A stretch of 63,987 bases of DNA, counting the filler, from Globobulimina sp. (Eukaryota), in the NCBI GenBank assembly GCA_003354225.1. It is 8 parts of 8 records of this genome, joined end to end, with 100 filler letters (N's around TTAATTAATTAA, not from the genome) between each part and the next. Parts side by side here need not be neighbours in the genome. Positions count along the whole stretch, not along the records: positions 56,652 to 63,987 come from PIVH01000161.1; 7 more parts are not named here. One strand, given 5' to 3'. The notes beneath the pieces are model-generated. The model saw nothing but the letters and a program-made list of their open reading frames with translations. It was not told the origin of the DNA and did not search any database. The first letter of the stretch is position 1, and each line of letters starts with the position of its first letter. Below are positions 58,485 through 63,987 of the stretch, one piece after another. Position numbers and translations under genes: made by a program.

Positions 58485-58865
58485 TTATTGCCCTCTTTTT
58501 CCCGTCACTTTGAATCTCAATCTCGAATTCCAATGATTCTCCTTCTTGTAATGACCTATAACCCCGGGCATAAATATTTGTTTGATGAACAAAAACGTCA
58601 GCACCTCCATCGTCACAGGCAATAAATCCATATCCTTTTTCCGAAAAAAATCGTTTCTTGATCTACTCCTTGACCTACTCCTTGATCTACTTCTTGATCT
58701 ACTTCTTGATTTATGTCTTGATTTTCTAGAACGGTTTCTCTCAATATTTCTGTGTTTTTGTCTTGTTGGTGGTGATGATGGCGCATTTGCTCTCAACCAC
58801 TTATCCATGTGATTAGGATCAGATGGATCAATTCCATTCTCAATGTAAAATTCTGCTATAGACAT
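58485..58865 (-). CDS. Small RS-repeat protein, possibly frameshifted near the 3' end
   Basis: (RS)n tract; an alternative frame continues as plausible protein to ~58352. Confidence 0.5.
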   Translation of the reverse strand: MSIAEFYIENGIDPSDPNHMDKWLRANAPSSPPTRQKHRNIERNRSRKSRHKSRSRSRSRSRSRSRSRSRNDFFRKKDMDLLPVTMEVLTFLFIKQIFMPGVIGHYKKENHWNSRLRFKVTGKRGQ

Positions 58866-58921
58866 TTTGAGTGAAGTAGTAGTAGTATGTTTTGTCAGTA
58901 AAAGATTAGAGGATGAAACAT

Positions 58922-61589
58922 TTACTTTAAAATTTTTATCGAATTCGTATTTATTTTAAACAAATTAATGTATCGGAGTTTGGTAGATTTTATTTTTCGA
59001 ATTATTCTTTGATCCAATTTATTTTTCTTTTTTTTTTCATTTACTACCAACAATTCATCTAATTTAGCAATATACGGTGCCATTAATATATGTTTATAAT
59101 CATCACAACTTAATCGATATATAATATCAATACAATAAATACATTCAATTATATTTTGCGAGATATACATCATACAAAATATTGCTTCCATAATACCCAT
59201 TTTTAATAAGATTTCAATTTGTGTTTCATTTGATTGTTGAATAATTGCTGTCATTATAATATATGCTTCATTTTGAATTTTTTTACAATTAAACTTATTT
59301 GCCTCAATAATATGAATTATATGTTTAATAAACGAAGATTCATTCAAATCAATCAGCCGTTCAATAACATTTTCATTTTGTGACAATAAATGCGAAATTA
59401 ACCATAATTGTGCATATTGTCCACCTTTCTTTGTTAACGTTGTTTTATGCGCTAAAACTTCAAAATATTTCTCGTTATCACCTAAACATTCCATAATTTC
59501 ATTTTTTAAATCCATTGACTTGGATTCTGATTCTGTTTGTTGATAAATTCGCGATTGATCAATAATTGAATGCAATGTATATCCGGCTCGAGAGAAACAA
59601 GTCTTATTTTCCTCAGTATTGTCCTTCTCAAATGAACTGTGAATAAAATCTATTAAATATGTCACAAATCCATATTTTACCATATCACAACATGCCATAT
59701 TTGTTCTATTGTCGTCATTTTGATTCACATATTCTTTTGCACAAAATAATACATCTTGGCACATTTGGATATCATTGTTCTCGTTTGCTGATTTTAATAA
59801 ACCTAATAATATTTCACTGACATTGATATTTTTTATGGCATTAATAATATCCGAATTGATATCATCTTTATTACTAAAAATATGCGTAATTGTCCACGTT
59901 GCAACATTTTGCGTTTTGCCTGTATATAACGAGATATTTTGCATAATAAAATCATAAATTTTATGTTGATTCAGTTTTATTCGACATTCCATCGTTCCAC
60001 TTATCATTCATTGACAATTAATAATGTTATTCATGAATATTGCAGACATATTCATAATGTTTTATATCTGCAATGATTCATAAATAATATACATTATACC
60101 TTATATTGCCAATACACCAAATCGTAGCTTCTAGCAACTGATTGTTACACTCATTCATATCATGTCCAATGAATAGCAATTTTTTCAACACCTCACAACC
60201 GCCAAATATACAAATCAAAATTGTAAATTCATCGTTGATGGATGCAATATTTGTCAATGTATCCACTGCCATATATTGCAACTTAAGATTATTATTCGCA
60301 TACTTGGAAATTAATATTATTTTCAAAATTATGCCAGTTTTCATCAAATTATCCAAATCTTCCACACTCACTTCCTCCTCTTCATCTTTTCCGTGTTTCC
60401 TTAACAAATCACTCAAATATTTAATACCAACCATATTTTCTTCAACATCGGCGCTTAAAATCTGTAAAACAGTTTTTTGTAACAACTTATTCAACGCATA
60501 AAAATGATAAAATATGTGATCCACACCAATGCAATGAAATTGTTTCAATACATCATCGTCGTTATATGCGTCATTATATTCCACCTCAGCAAAATATACA
60601 TTTAATTCATTCAAATATTTTTCTTCTTTTTCTGCAAATTTGAATGAAAACACATCCAATTCCTCCTCATCTTTGATATCCTCCTCATTGTCCTCCAATT
60701 TTGTGGCTTCGTCCACCGCAAACCACTCAAATCGATAACCATTGCTTATAGCATACGACTTGTGATTGGAACATTGATTTAAAAATTGCAATAAACGAAC
60801 TACATTTCGTTTCTCGTCAAAAAAAGTTAATAATTTGCGGCAAATCCCGGTGACATTATGCTGCACATTGTAGATTTTTATAGTTCCCTTCCCGCGACTT
60901 TTCCAATGCCCTTCGTACTGACGGAAAGCGCGAATATCCCGACATTCGAAAATTGCTTCAGTTCTGCAATAAATGTTATATTTTAAGTTGGTTGGAGTTA
61001 AAAATAATTGGTATTTTTTGTCGTAAAAGGCGCCAATGGCATTGTGTAAAATCAATTCTTTCATATAAATGGAATAACAGCGCGCATATTCATTGTGATT
61101 GGCGATGGTATGGTATTCGCTTAATTTGCCGATGAAATTAATGGCGGCCATTTTTAAGGCAGCGTTGGTGTCGTCGGATTTGATTACATTTATAATGTGG
61201 TAAATGATGCCATTTTGGGTCATCTGTTTTGCAGTTGTTACGTTTTTATAATTTAGCTTATTATGGTTGAAAAAATAGGTTATCGTTTGTTGGTTTTTGG
61301 TCAATAATAATTTTATTAAGGACCGGACCTGATAATTTTGTAAGGAATGATATCTTTTTGCGTTCAATGTATTTGATGGTAAGCGGCCTAACAAAGCAAA
61401 AGAAATATTTATTAGTTGAAAAGAACGGAGGTCGATGAGATTTAAATATTTTGTGATGGACGAGATTATTTCATCTGGCATATGGCCGAGATTTGCAGAT
61501 ACAACGATTTCTGACGAAGGCGGCGGATTTATATCGCCTAAAATTTTAAATAATGCATTGTATTGTGATAAGGAGATGTTATGTTTCAT
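58922..61589 (-). CDS. F-box-like + RanBD-like + importin-alpha-like ARM-repeat protein; at least 2 exons
   Basis: LGHMPDEII..I.KYL...DL; WKSRGKG.IKI...W.A.D...F.FKF; LQYMAVDTLTNIAS, EATIWCIGNI|S; intron ~60000-60099; frame open upstream to ~61736. Confidence 0.7.
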
Positions 61590-62182
61590 GAAATGTGTAA
61601 TGACTGAGCGAATTCCGCCAAATAATTGAAGGATTTTATTGTCTGCGGTTTCTAATGTTTTATCATCAATTTTGTTGAGTAGATGGCGGCATTTTAAATT
61701 ACAACCAAAATCGTCCAGGTTGGTGTTGTTGGCGTATCATCAATTTTGTTGTAATGGTCCTCGCAATCGTCATCATATGGTATTAAAGTCCTCACCTATT
61801 ACATATATACACAAACAACCTATACAATAATACAAATAACATATGATATATATTCAGCAGCATTCTAATCTGTGAGATGGCTATCTGTGAGATGGCTATT
61901 TTTTGTGTGAGAAACCGCCAGTAACAGGATTTGGTGTGCGGACTAGCTGAAATCCTGGTGATTTATAATAGAATAATTTGTGTTACATTGTTAAGACTGT
62001 ACTGTTTTTGTACTGTAATATTTAGGAAAGATTAGCAGCTGCAGCTGTAAATGCAGTGTATTTTCTATGTTGATAAATTATGAAATTTTTATCGGAGTTA
62101 TAAGATAATTATTTAATAAAAAAGAAATTAAAGAGAATAAATTCAAGCTAGAAAAAGAAACAAAAGCATCAATTTTTACAAC

Positions 62183-62695
62183 ATGAATCGTAGCATCATC
62201 CTTTTAATTTTAATTTCAATTGGATTCATTGAAGTGAGTGGTGGATCATTGTTCAATTGGCAGCAACAGAAAGATCGGTGGATTAAGATGATTAGGCGCA
62301 TAAAAGTGGGAGATGTTGTATATAAGAGTCAAGTGGGAGATGTTGTATATAAGAGTCAAGTGGAGGAGGACCAAAACTTGATACTAACCTGCCAAAAAGG
62401 AAAGAGGGTAAAAGTGCAACCTGGCAGTTGGTACGGTATAAGAAATTATTGTTTACCTTATGATCATTGGTACAGAACACCAATTATTGGGGAGAACGAT
62501 GCACCTTATGATACGGTGGGCAACCTGTGCGATGGACGGCCTTTAGGAACATGTACAGTTTATGCTCGGAAGCGGCGCATGTCATATTCGGGTGTGGTCC
62601 GGTATGACCAATACAATGAAATGTTTGGTGATCCTGTACCCGGTTGTAAAAAGAAATTGACTGTTTATTGGAAATGTATCGTACATCACTTTTGA
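62183..62695 (+). CDS. Secreted SUEL/rhamnose-galactose-binding lectin
   Basis: Signal peptide; L.L.C..G...YG, C.GR..C, N..FGDP.PG..K.L.V.W.C; 27-nt in-frame tandem duplication (VGDVVYKSQ x2). Confidence 0.85.
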   Translation: MNRSIILLILISIGFIEVSGGSLFNWQQQKDRWIKMIRRIKVGDVVYKSQVGDVVYKSQVEEDQNLILTCQKGKRVKVQPGSWYGIRNYCLPYDHWYRTPIIGENDAPYDTVGNLCDGRPLGTCTVYARKRRMSYSGVVRYDQYNEMFGDPVPGCKKKLTVYWKCIVHHF

Positions 62696-63328
62696 ACTTC
62701 TTGTTTGTATCTTTGTGGTTATATTAATAATTAATAGTACGCAATTATTTGCTGTGCTTGTGTCATAAACTATAAAATCACCTGAATAATTTCGCCGGGA
62801 TGCTCTATAAACATGAATTGGAGGCTCCCCATTCCACCGTTGAGAATAATAGCGACAGCTGGCCTTCCTGCAAAATAAAATACATTTAGCAACGCAATAT
62901 GTGAATACTTGCGCAGATTTGGTCCATATTGTTGCAAAACACACATAGTTCCATACAAATAGTATACAAACACTAACATATCCCCAAAACATATTCAATT
63001 CAATAAGACCATAATCGAGAACCAAATCGTTTTTCAATGTAAAAGTTCGATAAATATATTTTCCCCACGGTGTAAAATTCAATATTATGCTAAAAAAACC
63101 AAAACCTTTGCAAACAGATCGGATAGAACTGGAAAATATATCGAGGTGTGCACGTGATGGTTGACAATGGCAACAGCAATATCTGGAATCGCATGTACAT
63201 GCGCATACGCATGGTGTACAGCAAAAACTGAGGAATATCTTGGCAATAATAACGGTAAATTCACACACTAAACATACTAATGGTGTGAATGTTAATATCA
63301 AACGAAAGTACCACCACATGTCATGCAT
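62582..63328 (-). CDS. Hypothetical Cys-rich multi-TM protein (3' end uncertain, overlaps the lectin)
   Basis: 248-aa ORF with ~3 hydrophobic segments. Confidence 0.5.
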   Translation of the reverse strand: MHDMWWYFRLILTFTPLVCLVCEFTVIIAKIFLSFCCTPCVCACTCDSRYCCCHCQPSRAHLDIFSSSIRSVCKGFGFFSIILNFTPWGKYIYRTFTLKNDLVLDYGLIELNMFWGYVSVCILFVWNYVCFATIWTKSAQVFTYCVAKCILFCRKASCRYYSQRWNGEPPIHVYRASRRNYSGDFIVYDTSTANNCVLLIINITTKIQTRSSKVMYDTFPINSQFLFTTGYRITKHFIVLVIPDHTRI

Positions 63329-63413
63329 GACTACTCTGAAAAAACCTTTTTAAGATTTTACACTCTAAATTTACTCGTACACCATCCCAACCCCGTAACA
63401 CCAACTTGAGACA

Positions 63414-63987
63414 ATGAACTTTGTCATGTATATGATTTTTCTATTCGTGTGGTTCAACTCGTTATTTGTATTTATATATTTATCACCGCCCTTATTAGAA
63501 ACATCAAATGAATTTGCTGCGTATTCAATAGTAATATTTGGAATTTTAACTATATTTTGTATGTGTGTGTCAGCATCACAATTGGGAGAAGATCCAGAAG
63601 AAGGACTTTCCGGTATTGTTGAGACAATTATCCTCACCGCTCACCTTATGACTATTTCTGTGGTGTATCATGATGTGACACATATTGATGTTGATGTGAC
63701 AGCAAATCTTATTTATTCAATCCTTATGAAATGCGCTATGTGGGGTATTGGTGTATTACTCACATTGGTACTTTTCGATTGCAGCCATCTCACCAAAAAA
63801 TATGTACGTGCACCACGCGAGAGGCGACAATATGAGATTAATTATGTTAACAATGGAGCAGCCCCCGCTTCTGTGTATGAATCGAATTATAAGTATGGCA
63901 ATTTTTGGGATTGCCATCTTTGTAAACAGCCATTTGATAATGATAACGCAGTACACTTACAATCCCACTGTATATTGAAATGGGGTC
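63414..63987 (+). CDS. Multi-TM RING-finger protein (paralog 2), runs off window
   Basis: Open frame from ATG 63414 to window end, homologous to 56908-57513; absent from the ORF track because it has no stop in the window. Confidence 0.75.
   Translation, partial: MNFVMYMIFLFVWFNSLFVFIYLSPPLLETSNEFAAYSIVIFGILTIFCMCVSASQLGEDPEEGLSGIVETIILTAHLMTISVVYHDVTHIDVDVTANLIYSILMKCAMWGIGVLLTLVLFDCSHLTKKYVRAPRERRQYEINYVNNGAAPASVYESNYKYGNFWDCHLCKQPFDNDNAVHLQSHCILKWG

Noticed and set aside
1-63987. A multi-gene system or operon spanning the window
   Set aside because: Contigs are unlinked and eukaryotic; adjacency across linkers carries no information.
1-63987. Stop-codon reassignment (ciliate-like code)
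   Set aside because: Conserved genes end normally at TAA, TAG and TGA, and ORF breaks are explained by GT-AG introns.
63356-63987. Second RING copy as a frameshifted pseudogene
   Set aside because: Manual translation from 63414 is open to the window end; it is missing from the ORF track only because it has no stop.
1-63987. rRNA or tRNA genes
   Set aside because: None recognised by eye; a covariance-model scan would be needed to exclude them.

Overview
AT-rich, gene-dense eukaryotic (protist) DNA. It is not one locus: eight ~8 kb contigs, in descending length order, are joined by artificial 100-nt linkers (N44-TTAATTAATTAA-N44), so neighbourhood across linkers is meaningless. The standard genetic code is used, introns are short GT-AG (~50-110 nt), and head-to-head spacers are tiny. 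The overall style suggests a foraminiferan/rhizarian, but this is inference only. Recognisable genes include DHPS, UBC6/UBE2J, CLUAP1/IFT38, an ARH-family hydrolase, pyroglutamyl peptidase I, MOB1, cofilin, a sulfotransferase, TMEM17, an ABCG transporter, CIAO1, an SDR, PRA1, RPN2 and a SUEL lectin. Highlights: (1) a six-exon ammonium transporter fused in frame to a C-terminal RGS domain, a candidate ammonium transceptor acting on heterotrimeric G proteins; (2) a DIRS-order tyrosine-recombinase retrotransposon whose four ORFs can be joined in frame by three GT-AG introns; (3) an ET domain fused to a plant ZF-HD-like homeodomain, and a MYND plus QALGGH zinc-finger protein; (4) an F-box/RanBD/importin-alpha-like ARM protein; (5) a MITE family with GGCAAGAA TIRs and 4-bp TSDs, one copy interrupting an MFS gene. 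All domain calls are by eye from motifs; no searches were run.
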